Of a stretch of DNA of 64,000 nt, positions 1-9,770 are shown piece after piece. Within the stretch, counting starts at the first letter, position 1, and every line of letters starts with the position of its first letter. The notes under the pieces are model-generated. The model did not search any database. It was not told the DNA's origin and saw nothing but the letters and a program-made list of their open reading frames with translations. The translations under genes were made by a program, and so were the position numbers. Source of the stretch: Candidatus Poribacteria bacterium (GTDB taxonomy: Bacteria > Poribacteria > WGA-4E > WGA-3G); assembly GCA_965205015.1 (NCBI GenBank), contig OZ242029.1, forward strand, positions 1,312,001 through 1,376,000. Reading direction: 5' to 3'.

Positions 1-66
1 GTTGCCTTGGTGTAGGGCGTTGTGGCGCACAAGCTCCTTATATTGCAATGTCGGTGTCGTAAGCAT
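1..66 (-). CDS. 5' end of a gene running off the window (MLTTPTLQYKELVRHNALHQGN...), possibly a DNA methyltransferase N-terminus
   Basis: ATG preceded by AGGA. Upstream TTGACA-18-TATCAT promoter at about 161-190 on the minus strand. LHQGN resembles the IYQGD start of N4/N6 MTases. Only 22 codons are visible. Confidence 0.3.
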   Translation of the reverse strand, partial: MLTTPTLQYKELVRHNALHQGN

Positions 67-227
67 TTTCCTGTCCATGTCTTACTTGAACAATGTATGG
101 GGTCTTTGTGAATGCTGTCCGAGCCTTGTCAGACTCGGCGAAGACTTATCCCTATTAATTATGATACCATATTCTATGAGGAGTTGTCAAATCTTTTTTG
201 TAACCATTCCAGTGTTGGCGATATCCA

Positions 228-262
228 TTGTCAGAATCAGGATTAAAGGATGGACAGGATTG
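228..262 (+). repeat. dispersed repeat: ATTGTCWGAATC head followed by ~9-nt periodic GGATT units
   Basis: Same head and periodic GGATT/AGATT units at 1174-1221, 51668-51711 and 57855-57902. Confidence 0.7.
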
Positions 263-295
263 TAAACTGTCGTGATTGAAAACTCTGGGAACGTT

Positions 296-1024
296 CTATT
301 CGTTATTGTTGTCCTCATCTACGAGGTGAAATGGTGTTCCTTCCGCTCTCGCTTTTCGGTACTTCTCGATCCTCTGCAACTTCAAGGCCTCAGGCCACAG
401 CACATATTTCGCTTCGAGAAAGGCGATGTATTCGTCTTCATCGCCGGGAAACCTAAAGCCTCCAAACCATAACTTTGTCTCTCCCTCAACAACAGTATCT
501 ACCTCTGGGATATCGCCATGTTGTTTGATTAACTCTTCTCTGTAGATTTTAGCAAATAACTCTGGATCATCCGTCTCACGCCTCAATTTGGTCTTTAGCA
601 ACTCTTCAAGGAAGTCCTGATTGGACTTGTTGGGCCAGAGGAGATGTTTCGCCTTGGCAAAGTTAATCATTTCCTCAGATGTATATGTAACGTAATCTCC
701 CGATGCTTTTGCTTTCCTTCGTTCATGCGCTGCGACGATATGAACGGCTGGAATGTTCCCGAATTGTTGGAGGAGATGCGCATGGTAATATTTGGCGCGT
801 AGTTCACGATCTTTCGTCTGATCCCAGTTTATGGGCACATCTAACGCCATGAGTTCCTGAACTTCTGCATCGCTAATGTCATAGGTAAGCCCGCTGGTAT
901 CGTAAAATTCGCTTGGTATTACGATTGGATCCGTGTCTTCAGTTTCGCCACAGCCGACGAGAATAGATAGCCCTATGCACCAAGCGAAACCTAAAATTGC
1001 GCTAAGGATTTTGGTGTGTTTCAT
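296..1024 (-). CDS. hypothetical lipoprotein with two copies of a [FH]G[DN]IP[EA]V...L[WY]P module
   Basis: Lipobox LVGC after a hydrophobic stretch; GGAG RBS; internal repeats FGNIPAV...LLWP and HGDIPEV...VLWP. Confidence 0.75.
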   Translation of the reverse strand: MKHTKILSAILGFAWCIGLSILVGCGETEDTDPIVIPSEFYDTSGLTYDISDAEVQELMALDVPINWDQTKDRELRAKYYHAHLLQQFGNIPAVHIVAAHERRKAKASGDYVTYTSEEMINFAKAKHLLWPNKSNQDFLEELLKTKLRRETDDPELFAKIYREELIKQHGDIPEVDTVVEGETKLWFGGFRFPGDEDEYIAFLEAKYVLWPEALKLQRIEKYRKARAEGTPFHLVDEDNNNE

Positions 1025-1173
1025 TTGTGTCTCCCCTTTAAAGTTCGTTAGGCTGAAGGTTTATCGTTTGAATCCAGCGATATACGTGAATTAGCATAAC
1101 ATATCCTGAAGTTCGGTCAATGTAAATTCTGTTGTAAGCACCTCTGGCTTTCTTCAAAGGAATACAAAACTTA

Positions 1174-1221
1174 TTGTCTGAATCGCGGATTCTCGCAGAT
1201 TATACAGATTTCTCGGATTTT
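1174..1221 (+). repeat. dispersed ATTGTCTGAATC/GGATT periodic repeat
   Basis: attgtctgaatcgcggattctcgcagattatacagatttctcggatttt; close match to 57855-57902. Confidence 0.75.
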
Positions 1222-1440
1222 GGGTCTCCTATGTATCTAACGCCTTTTGGAGTGTTGGGTTTACCTATTGCGCTTGTTTACAATGCATTCTGGTGCGGTT
1301 TTGTGAGAAAATTTATGGGATAAAAAAAGAGGCAATTCACGGAGGCTTCACGGAGGTTTTTCTGGTAGTAGGTGACCATTGACTTCCCAGCATCGAAAAA
1401 ACACGTTCTCCGTGAAAACGGATTTTTGAGGTTAAAATGC

Positions 1441-1469
1441 TTGCAAAATAGTGAGGCTTTTAGTATCAT
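1441..1469 (+). promoter_or_regulatory. sigma70-type promoter
   Basis: TTGCAA-17 bp-TATCAT upstream of the ORF at 1615. Confidence 0.55.
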
Positions 1470-1614
1470 ATTATAAGTAAAATTTAGTTTACTCATATAA
1501 TTTGATTAAATTCGTTTTTTACCATGAAAGATAGGCAAAGGCGGAAGGGTCCCATCCTCCTTTGTTTACAGACTTTCAGGTTTTACGATCAGCAATTCAG
1601 AAGGAGAACTTCAA

Positions 1615-2160
1615 ATGAGCGGAAATTTGGTAGTACAGCACACGGATCTCGCAGCGCAAGCGAAGCAGATTCCTGCCGGTTGCGACTTTTTTAAGGAACT
1701 GGCGGCACTGCATAGACCCCGTGCAGAGGCAGCGACCGAGGCTTTTTGTCGAGACTGGGTGGCAAAGTATGAATCGCGTGAGATTAAACTCATCAGCAGA
1801 ACTTGGAGAGCGAATGACGGGACGGAATATAAAGGCGATAAAAATGGCTGGAATATGACGGTTCCGTCGTGTATTGCGGATTATCTGGAGGAGCAGCAAA
1901 ACGAGATCTATTTTGAACTGTTCCCGCGTTGTGCGATGTTACCGATCACGGATACACATCGTGAGTTTATTGTGATTTGCCATGCGCGACGGTTGGAGAC
2001 AGAGGAAGCACTGGTCGAAATGGTGAACTACTTTTCGGAGTTTGCGTTCCTGCGCCAACATATTGAGTTGAGCGAAAAGGAGGTGATGAAGGAATTTAAT
2101 TCAACGTTTTGGGTGAGTCCTGGATGGGTGAAGTTAGAACTACCGACAGTAGCAAAGTGA
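1615..2160 (+). CDS. hypothetical protein, probably 3'-truncated (last ~26 codons read antisense through the PLD gene)
   Basis: Strong AAGGAG RBS and a promoter; no recognisable family; overlaps the convergent ORF by 133 bp. Confidence 0.55.
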   Translation: MSGNLVVQHTDLAAQAKQIPAGCDFFKELAALHRPRAEAATEAFCRDWVAKYESREIKLISRTWRANDGTEYKGDKNGWNMTVPSCIADYLEEQQNEIYFELFPRCAMLPITDTHREFIVICHARRLETEEALVEMVNYFSEFAFLRQHIELSEKEVMKEFNSTFWVSPGWVKLELPTVAK

Positions 2161-2555
2161 ACGGGACTTGAGTCCTGGGCGTGCATCAAGTTGAGTTTCG
2201 CGTGAAATTTGGCTTTGTCATAGACACGAATGACAATTTGTCCACGGCGGATTGCATCACGGACAGCGGCAAGTCCGTGGAGAGTATCGTCTTTTTCCTT
2301 TACGGATTCAATATTCTCATTGGTAACTTCTTGCAGGGCTTCAATGAGGTGTTCTTTTGTGCGTCGTGTGGTCTCGTCGCCCATCAGGAGTCGGATGCCA
2401 TCAAGGTGTTGCCATGTTTTCCCAAGCGATAGAAATGCCCCGATTTCAAAGGTTCCGGTCGCTATGTCTAACTTGGCACTTTTCACGAGAAGGCTTTCGA
2501 GAACTTTCAGGAGGGTATTGCCATCTACATTGTCAATGAGTGTCGGAATCTGCAT
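2028..2555 (-). pseudogene. truncated PLD-nuclease domain typical of the N-terminus of PLD-SNF2 helicase proteins
   Basis: LDIATGTFEIG, FHAK (HxK), VGSSNFT and NVELN motifs. Recognisable sequence stops near 2082 and no helicase domain follows. Confidence 0.7.
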
Positions 2556-2762
2556 ATTGGGCCAGTTTTTCTTCCTATAGCGTTTATTTGATTATATTAC
2601 AGAAAGCCCTAATTTTCAAATCAAATCTTTTGTATTCCATTAAACGAGAGACTTAAGGTATAATATTATGGGTTCGGTATAAAGATAATACACTCCCCTG
2701 TATGACATCCATGCCAAAACGACAACATTTTAGCATTCGTTCGAAAAAAGGATCACCCTGTC

Positions 2763-4415
2763 ATGAGAAAGCGGAAACGTAAATCACCGCATAAGCAGAA
2801 AATAAAAAAGAGGGCGGATAAATCACTTCAGCGGATTGCCTCCAAAGCCTTGCATGCGTGTGTTTCTCTCCTGGAGATAGAACAGACTGAACCCCGAAAG
2901 CGTAAATTCGCAAAAGGGGTTAAGGTCGCAGCAGGGAGCGGGTTTTTCGTCGCACCGGACCTGATCGCCACGAATATTCATTGTGTTGTCGGCACAACGT
3001 GGGCCTTCGTAGATCCCGTCAGTCTGCCCGATGTGTATCCGATTGAGAGCGTGGTTGCGTTTGATGACAAAATAGATTTGGTCATTCTACGTATTTCGGT
3101 TGAAGGGATGCCGCTTTCGCTTGCTGACAGTAATACCGTCCAAGTGGAGGAAGAGATTTATGCCGTGCGGTGCGTCGGTGGCGGGATAGAAGAGAAAGGC
3201 GCGAGCGGTGCAATCACGCCAGGAACGGTACACGGTATCCAAAATACGGACAGATATTTGCGCTTAAAAGCGATGCTGTCGCATGGTAACAGTGGAGGAC
3301 CGGTGATAAACAAAGCGGGTGAGGTTATCGGGATCGCTGTTAGTGGCGGTAGCTCGGTTGACGAACACGGCAGAAAGCATGTTTCCGAATTCGCTTACGC
3401 AATCCCTTCTAATACTGTCAAGACGCTGCTTGCGACGGGAGGCGTCGAGGAATCCTTTGAAACATGGCGCGAGCAGCCCCGAATCCACGCCTATGCCGAA
3501 GCTTCTCAAGGGTATGTGAAGCAAAGTCAAGGAGAATATAAAGCGGCGATAAAGCACTATACAGCTGCCCTGCAACTCAACCCAGATTTAGGAGAGATTT
3601 ATCACAATCGTGGAACTCTCAAAAATACGCTCGGACACCATAAAGCAGCCATTGCTGACTGGGATGCCGCCCTGAGATGCAACCCAGCACTTGCAGAAGC
3701 ATACTTCAACCGGGGTGGCGCGAAGTATGCCTTGGGCGACTCTGAAGGATGCATCGCCGACTGTAGTACTGCCCTTGATCTGAATCCGGACGCAATGCCC
3801 GCCTATTACAACCGTGCCCAGGCAGAAATGGCCCTGAATCGGTACGCTGCGGGGATTCAAGACTACGATAAAGTCTTCAAATTTCCGATGCGTCAGGCGG
3901 ACGCGTATGGTGCCTACTACAATCGCGCCTTGGGGAAATATCTCCTGGGATTAGACACAGCAGCTCAGGGGGATGGCGCGGAAGCCGTTCAACTCTATCA
4001 CGCATCAATCGATGATTATACATACGCCATTAAGGTCGCTCCAGACCCTATCCTCGCCAGTAGAAACTATAACAACCGCGGTTATTCCAAGTACCTCATT
4101 GCAGAATATGAATCTGAACACGGAAACATGGAGGCGGCGCGAGTTCTCTATGAAGCAGCACTGGTGGACAGCGAGGAAGCGATCAAGCGCGATAAGAAAA
4201 ATGCTTATGCCTATTGCACGCGCGCAGTCGTAAAGGTCGCCTTTGCGGAACACACTGCAGCAATAAACGATTTTGATAGAGCCCTCAAACTTAATCCAGA
4301 TTTCGCGCATGCCTACCACCAGCGCGGGCTTGCAAAGCAGGCGATGGGGCGACAGCGAGAGGCAGCGGTGGACTTTCAGAAGGCGAAGCAACTGGACCCA
4401 AACATAGAAAAATGA
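2763..4415 (+). CDS. trypsin-like serine protease with TPR repeats
   Basis: Catalytic triad motifs ATNIHCV, DLVIL and GNSGGP; multiple AYxNRG TPR repeats. Confidence 0.9.
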   Translation: MRKRKRKSPHKQKIKKRADKSLQRIASKALHACVSLLEIEQTEPRKRKFAKGVKVAAGSGFFVAPDLIATNIHCVVGTTWAFVDPVSLPDVYPIESVVAFDDKIDLVILRISVEGMPLSLADSNTVQVEEEIYAVRCVGGGIEEKGASGAITPGTVHGIQNTDRYLRLKAMLSHGNSGGPVINKAGEVIGIAVSGGSSVDEHGRKHVSEFAYAIPSNTVKTLLATGGVEESFETWREQPRIHAYAEASQGYVKQSQGEYKAAIKHYTAALQLNPDLGEIYHNRGTLKNTLGHHKAAIADWDAALRCNPALAEAYFNRGGAKYALGDSEGCIADCSTALDLNPDAMPAYYNRAQAEMALNRYAAGIQDYDKVFKFPMRQADAYGAYYNRALGKYLLGLDTAAQGDGAEAVQLYHASIDDYTYAIKVAPDPILASRNYNNRGYSKYLIAEYESEHGNMEAARVLYEAALVDSEEAIKRDKKNAYAYCTRAVVKVAFAEHTAAINDFDRALKLNPDFAHAYHQRGLAKQAMGRQREAAVDFQKAKQLDPNIEK

Positions 4416-4431
4416 AGGAGTTTACGTCTCT

Positions 4432-5835
4432 ATGGAACTTTATGAAGCCGTCAGTCCGTTGGATTTTAGGTACTATGGCGGTGATGATACTTTTATGAAA
4501 CGCTTGTTGCCTTATGTCTCTGAGGCAGGATATGTCACGTATCAGGCGAAGGTGGAGGCGGCACTGGTACGCACTTTGGCAAATTATGGTGTCTGCACTT
4601 CCGCGATTGCCGATGAGGTGGAAGCGGCAGTAGACCTCGTAACGGCGGAAGAGGTCTATGAGGAACAGTCCCGCATTCGGCACAATATCCGATCACTCGT
4701 CAATGTGATTCGGCGGAACATTCGTCCCGACGCGCGTCCGTATGTCCATCTGTTCGCTACTTCTGCGGACATTCTGGATACGGCGACTGCTTTGCGGTTC
4801 AAGGCACTCACTGAAAATGTCATTGTCCCTGACCTGGTTGCTCTGGAACATCAACTCATCGCGCTGGCGCGTGAGCATGCGGAGACGGTGCAAATCGGGA
4901 GGACACACGGTCAACACGCGGAACCGACAACGTTCGGTTATGCCTTGGCACTTTATGTGAGTCGCCTCGGCACGCGAATTGAAGAGATTCACAGAGCCGG
5001 ACAAAACCTCCGTGGGCAATTTTCAGGGGCGGTCGGTGCGTTCAATGGACTTACGCTGATTCATGAACATCCAGAGCAGATTGAGGCGGATTTCCTCGCA
5101 CTGCTCGGTTTGAAGCCGTCTGATACAAACACATCAACGCAGTGTGTCGAGCCGGAGTTCATCTCTGATCTGGCATATCAGGTTACGGCGGCATATACAG
5201 TGCTTGCGAACTTCGCGGACGATATGCGGCACCTTTATCGGACTGAAATCGCTGAGGTCGGCAGGAAGTACAATCCGCAGCTGGTTGGCTCATCGACGAT
5301 GCCGCACAAGGTGAATCCAGAGACCTACGAGAACATCAAAAGTTTGTGGAAGGCGTTTGTGCCGCGTATGCAGACTGTTTTCATGGATAGTATCCTTGAG
5401 CATCAACGCGACCTAACGAATTCGGCATCAAGCCGTTTCTTGACGGAACTGTTCACGGCGTTCGATTACGCGATCTATCGGCTCCGGCGCGCGTTGGAGG
5501 AGATGGATGTTAAAGCGGATAACATGCGGCGTAACCTCGCCCTGAGCGCAGAGGATACGATTGCAGAACCCATCTATTTACTGATGGCGTATTACGGGTT
5601 TCCTGATGCATACGACCACACCCGGAAGTTGATCGGACAGGTGCATGAGACTGGAAAGAGTTTGACGACGTTACTGTGGGAAGATGAGACGTTTCGTCCG
5701 TTTCTCAACAAGTTGACGGAACCGCAGCGCGAAGCACTGCGTGATCCGACGAATTACATCGGTGCCTCGGTGCGGCGTACGCACGCAACGTGCGATGAAT
5801 GGGAGAAACGGATTTTTAATTTACCTTGCGGTTAA
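4432..5835 (+). CDS. purB: adenylosuccinate lyase
   Basis: SPLDFRY, GRTHGQHAEPTTFG and the fumarate-lyase signature GSSTMPHKVNP. Confidence 0.92.
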   Translation: MELYEAVSPLDFRYYGGDDTFMKRLLPYVSEAGYVTYQAKVEAALVRTLANYGVCTSAIADEVEAAVDLVTAEEVYEEQSRIRHNIRSLVNVIRRNIRPDARPYVHLFATSADILDTATALRFKALTENVIVPDLVALEHQLIALAREHAETVQIGRTHGQHAEPTTFGYALALYVSRLGTRIEEIHRAGQNLRGQFSGAVGAFNGLTLIHEHPEQIEADFLALLGLKPSDTNTSTQCVEPEFISDLAYQVTAAYTVLANFADDMRHLYRTEIAEVGRKYNPQLVGSSTMPHKVNPETYENIKSLWKAFVPRMQTVFMDSILEHQRDLTNSASSRFLTELFTAFDYAIYRLRRALEEMDVKADNMRRNLALSAEDTIAEPIYLLMAYYGFPDAYDHTRKLIGQVHETGKSLTTLLWEDETFRPFLNKLTEPQREALRDPTNYIGASVRRTHATCDEWEKRIFNLPCG

Positions 5836-5966
5836 ACTTCGTGCGTTTATTTTACATAGATGCTGAAGAAACACCCAAGCAAATAAACCCTACGGGACTA
5901 AAGAGCAAATCTTAACTGAAGATTTTTTCTGCGATACCAGCAGCTCAGAAACCCAATCGTTAAAAA

Positions 5967-7325
5967 ATGTTTGATATTACCTATTTAGGACGGCGATGCT
6001 TCCGTTTCATCAAACGTTATCCGCGTACGTGGACAATAGTTGGTTTTCTACTGATCCTCGGTATCGGTATTCGGTTAGGGCAGACGGTTCAGTTCAGCAA
6101 AATAACCGATTATTTGCGTTCCTTTGCGGATCGTGAGCGTGCAGATGTGACAAAATCGGTTGCACGGGGAGTTGTGCACCGACAGATACAAGATAACGGA
6201 ATGCTGACGAATATCCTTGCGGTGTCCCCAGATGCCGTGGACATCCGTCCATACCGTGCGCTGAGTGCGGGGATCGGGACTGAAACATTGGTGTCGCTTG
6301 CGCGGCGACACAAGGCACTCGCCGCGATAAACGGTGGCTTTTTTGAAATGGTAGGGACGTTCCGTGGCGAGTCCGTGGGTGCGTTGAAGATCGACGGTGA
6401 GTGGGTCAGCGAACCGGAGCAGGGCAGAGCAGTGATCGGGTTCCGAACGGTTGACGGAAAAATCGAAGCGTATATTGATAAGATTGCTCTACAGCAGGAA
6501 CTCGTCTTGCCGAGTGGAGGGACATTGCCGATTGACGGTATGAATCGGGAGCGTGGGAAAAATGAATTGGTCATTTACCGTCCGCATTTTCACGCAGTAA
6601 CTTTGACGATGCCGGATGGCGTAGAAACCGTCGTGAGAAACGGCGAGGTCGTCGGTATCCACGAGGGACAGGGGAGTTCTCGCATTCCCGAAGACGGTTA
6701 CGTTTTGTCCGCGAGTGGTAAGAAACGGGATGAACTTTTATCGCATATCGCTGAAGGTGATACGGTTCAGATTCGTGAAACCATCATTTCTGAACGTGTC
6801 GGCGATAGCGAGTTATGGGCAAGTTTTGCACATATTGTCGGCGGTGGTCCGTTACTATTGCAGAATGGAACTGCGGCTTCCACACAGGCGTACGAGCGCG
6901 AAGGTTTCGATCGGGCATTTCACAGTTTCTGGCATCCGCGGACGGCTGTCGGGAAAAAGGCGGACGGCACCCTTCTTTTCGTGACAATAACAGCAGCAGA
7001 AGCAGGCGTTCGCCGCGGTGTTATGCTGCCACGGCTCGCGGAACTGTTCTTGGAATGGGGCGCGACGGATGCGCTTAATCTTGACGGCGGTAATTCATCA
7101 ATGCTCGTCATTCGGGATGAGGTTGTGAGCGTCAAGCAGAAAGATTCTAACAATCCCGAATCTAAAGATGAATTGAAATCGGCTTCTCATGATAAGCCGG
7201 AACTGAAAAAGGCACGAGCAGAGAAGAACACGAAGACTGCCCGTGGGAATCGTCGGATACGTCCGATGCCGAAACAACATGGACGCGCGATCGCGGATGC
7301 AATCTTGATTTTTTCCCACTTTTAG
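5967..7325 (+). CDS. phosphodiester glycosidase (NAGPA/DUF2233) family protein
   Basis: AAINGGFF, GGGPLLL, HPRTAVG and ALNLDGGNSS motifs; N-terminal membrane anchor. Confidence 0.88.
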   Translation: MFDITYLGRRCFRFIKRYPRTWTIVGFLLILGIGIRLGQTVQFSKITDYLRSFADRERADVTKSVARGVVHRQIQDNGMLTNILAVSPDAVDIRPYRALSAGIGTETLVSLARRHKALAAINGGFFEMVGTFRGESVGALKIDGEWVSEPEQGRAVIGFRTVDGKIEAYIDKIALQQELVLPSGGTLPIDGMNRERGKNELVIYRPHFHAVTLTMPDGVETVVRNGEVVGIHEGQGSSRIPEDGYVLSASGKKRDELLSHIAEGDTVQIRETIISERVGDSELWASFAHIVGGGPLLLQNGTAASTQAYEREGFDRAFHSFWHPRTAVGKKADGTLLFVTITAAEAGVRRGVMLPRLAELFLEWGATDALNLDGGNSSMLVIRDEVVSVKQKDSNNPESKDELKSASHDKPELKKARAEKNTKTARGNRRIRPMPKQHGRAIADAILIFSHF

Positions 7326-7333
7326 GTTATAAT
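7305..7333 (+). promoter_or_regulatory. sigma70-type promoter overlapping the end of the upstream gene
   Basis: TTGATT-17 bp-TATAAT. Confidence 0.6.
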
Positions 7334-7387
7334 GCAGGAGAAAAGACATGTTTGGCTACAATAGAAATCGGAACAGGAGGAAAGGTC

Positions 7388-8317
7388 ATGTCAAGTAACA
7401 ATAGACACCTCGAACCTCGGAAGAAATCGGATGCTGGTAACGAATACCGAAAACCTATATCCGGTGTGGGATCGAAACCAGCAAAAAGACTGTCGCGACG
7501 CTCCTTTTTCAAAGGCTCCGTTGGGCTTGCTGCCGCTGCACTCACCGCGGATAAACTGATCTCGCCTGCACACGCTCAGTGGCGGTTCCGCGAATATCTC
7601 CCTTATGATGCAGCTGGGGATTTTCACTACGGACGATATGGGAGGATTTACCATCATTATCCTGAGATGAATCCAACAGGCGAAAAGTTCACGTTTGTGC
7701 GTCTCAAGTACCCCGGTGGCGATTGGTATACGAACATTGTCAACTACTATTATTGGCAATCGGATTTGCAATTTTCTAAGGTCCTCGCTGAAGAGACCAC
7801 GATTGATGTTGAGGTCCGTGAACATCCGCAATATGTTGACATTGACGATGAAGGGTTATTCGCCTATCCGTTCCTCTATATGACGGGACATATCGGGATT
7901 CGGCTTTCTCCGCAACAGGTCCGAAAGTTGAGAGACTATTTTGAACGGGGTGGTTTTCTCCATGTCGAAGATTGCGATGCACGGCTGAACAATTATCGCG
8001 GCGGCTTGCGTCCGCATATCTATGAGATGATGCGGCAGGTCTATCCAGAAAAGAATTTTGAACGATTGGAAATGAGCCATCCGATTTATCATACGCTTTA
8101 TGATCACGATGAGTATCTCGGCGGTGATAAACGCATCCCTGATGTCTCCGATTACGACGAGGCGATCATGGACGATGACCGTGTGATTGTCTATTTCTGT
8201 CCGAGCGACCTGAATTGTGCGTGGGAAGGTAGACAGTGTGAGCCTGGTGGTGAGGAACAGCGGAAGTGGGCATTTGAACAGGGGATGAACGTGGTTGCCT
8301 ATGCCTTGACACGGTAA
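7388..8317 (+). CDS. Tat-exported DUF4159-family protein
   Basis: SRRSFFKG twin-arginine signal; GGDWY, YPFLYMTGH, GGFLHVED and GMNVVAYALT motifs; AGGAGG RBS before ATG 7388. Confidence 0.8.
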   Translation: MSSNNRHLEPRKKSDAGNEYRKPISGVGSKPAKRLSRRSFFKGSVGLAAAALTADKLISPAHAQWRFREYLPYDAAGDFHYGRYGRIYHHYPEMNPTGEKFTFVRLKYPGGDWYTNIVNYYYWQSDLQFSKVLAEETTIDVEVREHPQYVDIDDEGLFAYPFLYMTGHIGIRLSPQQVRKLRDYFERGGFLHVEDCDARLNNYRGGLRPHIYEMMRQVYPEKNFERLEMSHPIYHTLYDHDEYLGGDKRIPDVSDYDEAIMDDDRVIVYFCPSDLNCAWEGRQCEPGGEEQRKWAFEQGMNVVAYALTR

Positions 8318-8408
8318 AATGGTTATCGGTTAACGGTTTTCAGTTTTCAGTAAATCGCAATATTGTGGCAGGGACCCAAAATATTACAACTACAAGCGGT
8401 TCACCTCC

Positions 8409-9770
8409 GTCACTTACCCCCATTTTTTTTCGAGAGTAGATTGTAGTTGATGTAGTCAGGTTTTTCTGTGAGAAAGTCAGTCAGTGAGTGGGTCCGAAAA
8501 GTGGATCCCCTCTGGCACCTATCTCGGTGAAAAAGGAGATAAGAAAGTGTTGGTTCCATAAGTCGGTGAGCACGCGTTTGATAATAGTAATAACAGAAAA
8601 AGTTTTTCTGTTATTACTATTATATGCCCTCTGCCAATGCGTAGAGGCGACCTTCTCGTAACTGATAAACAGCAATCCATAAGCGAGGCAGGCACATAAC
8701 CAAAGGACCTCCAGACGCGCTTGTGTCGGTTTTTTCAAGACGAGTTTACCAAATCCGAAGCACGACTTTATATCTCGAAACCCGTGTTCAATCTGCATGC
8801 GGCGTTTGTAGCAGTGATGTATCTGATGTCCACTGAGGCGATTGGAGATAAGATACATCGGGTCTTTGAAGGTCTCATCTCTGAGGATATAGAGTTGAAG
8901 CGGTATCTGCTCCTGCGCCTGATAAAGGATATGCCGATACCAGCCCGCTTCGAGGTCATCAAGTTTCTTCAGACTCCCATCATGCCGGATACCGACATTT
9001 CTCGCAACACGCATCACGAACGGGATATCCCGTGCCTTGAGAAACTTGATGACGTATCGCGCACGCCCAAAACCACGGTCAAACACCAGAACAGGTCGTT
9101 GTTGATGCCGCGACACCACCCCTAAAGCCTCTTGATAAACATGGACACAGAAGTATTGGATAATCTCATTATGACTCTTATAGATACCCTCGTGAAGCTG
9201 GTGATCGCTATAGATGAACCAAAAGACAGGGATCGCACGATGCCGAAACGGGATCGAAACAACAAGGGCTTTCCACCCGGCAATCAGAGACGTCTCATCA
9301 ACGAGCAAATACAGATGAGCACCCGCATCCTTGAAAAACCAACCCACAACCGACACGAACCACGCTTCTTTGAGCGCATCAATCGGCAGTGGGGTGTCAA
9401 GGAAACGCAGAAACCTTTTCTGTTTCGACTTCTCCCGCTTGACGACGAGCGACAAACGCGACGCAACTTCATTGATCCGAAACGTCGGGGCAACACTGAT
9501 CGCTATCAAGACCAATACCAGATTCCGAAAAACCGGTTTTTTCATACCAACAGACTTGAAGATTTCTCCAAAACGTGTTATCATCGTTTCTGGATTTACC
9601 CGTTTTGGGTATCTCTTTTTCATAAAATACCTCCTTACATGTTTTGTAAAATGCGTTTACAAACAGTTGCTGTAAGGAGGTATTTTATCATAAACCCACT
9701 GAGTTTCTCACACTTTTTACAACTAAAACCTTTCACCACAAACCTTCAGAAAAAAATGGGGGTAAGTGAC
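8409..9770 (-). mobile_element. IS4-family insertion sequence, copy 1 (1362 bp)
   Basis: 21-bp perfect TIR GTCACTTACCCCCATTTTTTT; 10-bp TSD GTTCACCTCC at 8399-8408 and 9771-9780. Confidence 0.95.
8481..9623 (-). CDS. IS4-family DDE transposase
   Basis: LVDET, VFDRGF and YKRRMQIEHGFRDIK (Y-2-R-3-E-6-K signature of IS4). Confidence 0.9.
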   Translation of the reverse strand: MKKRYPKRVNPETMITRFGEIFKSVGMKKPVFRNLVLVLIAISVAPTFRINEVASRLSLVVKREKSKQKRFLRFLDTPLPIDALKEAWFVSVVGWFFKDAGAHLYLLVDETSLIAGWKALVVSIPFRHRAIPVFWFIYSDHQLHEGIYKSHNEIIQYFCVHVYQEALGVVSRHQQRPVLVFDRGFGRARYVIKFLKARDIPFVMRVARNVGIRHDGSLKKLDDLEAGWYRHILYQAQEQIPLQLYILRDETFKDPMYLISNRLSGHQIHHCYKRRMQIEHGFRDIKSCFGFGKLVLKKPTQARLEVLWLCACLAYGLLFISYEKVASTHWQRAYNSNNRKTFSVITIIKRVLTDLWNQHFLISFFTEIGARGDPLFGPTH

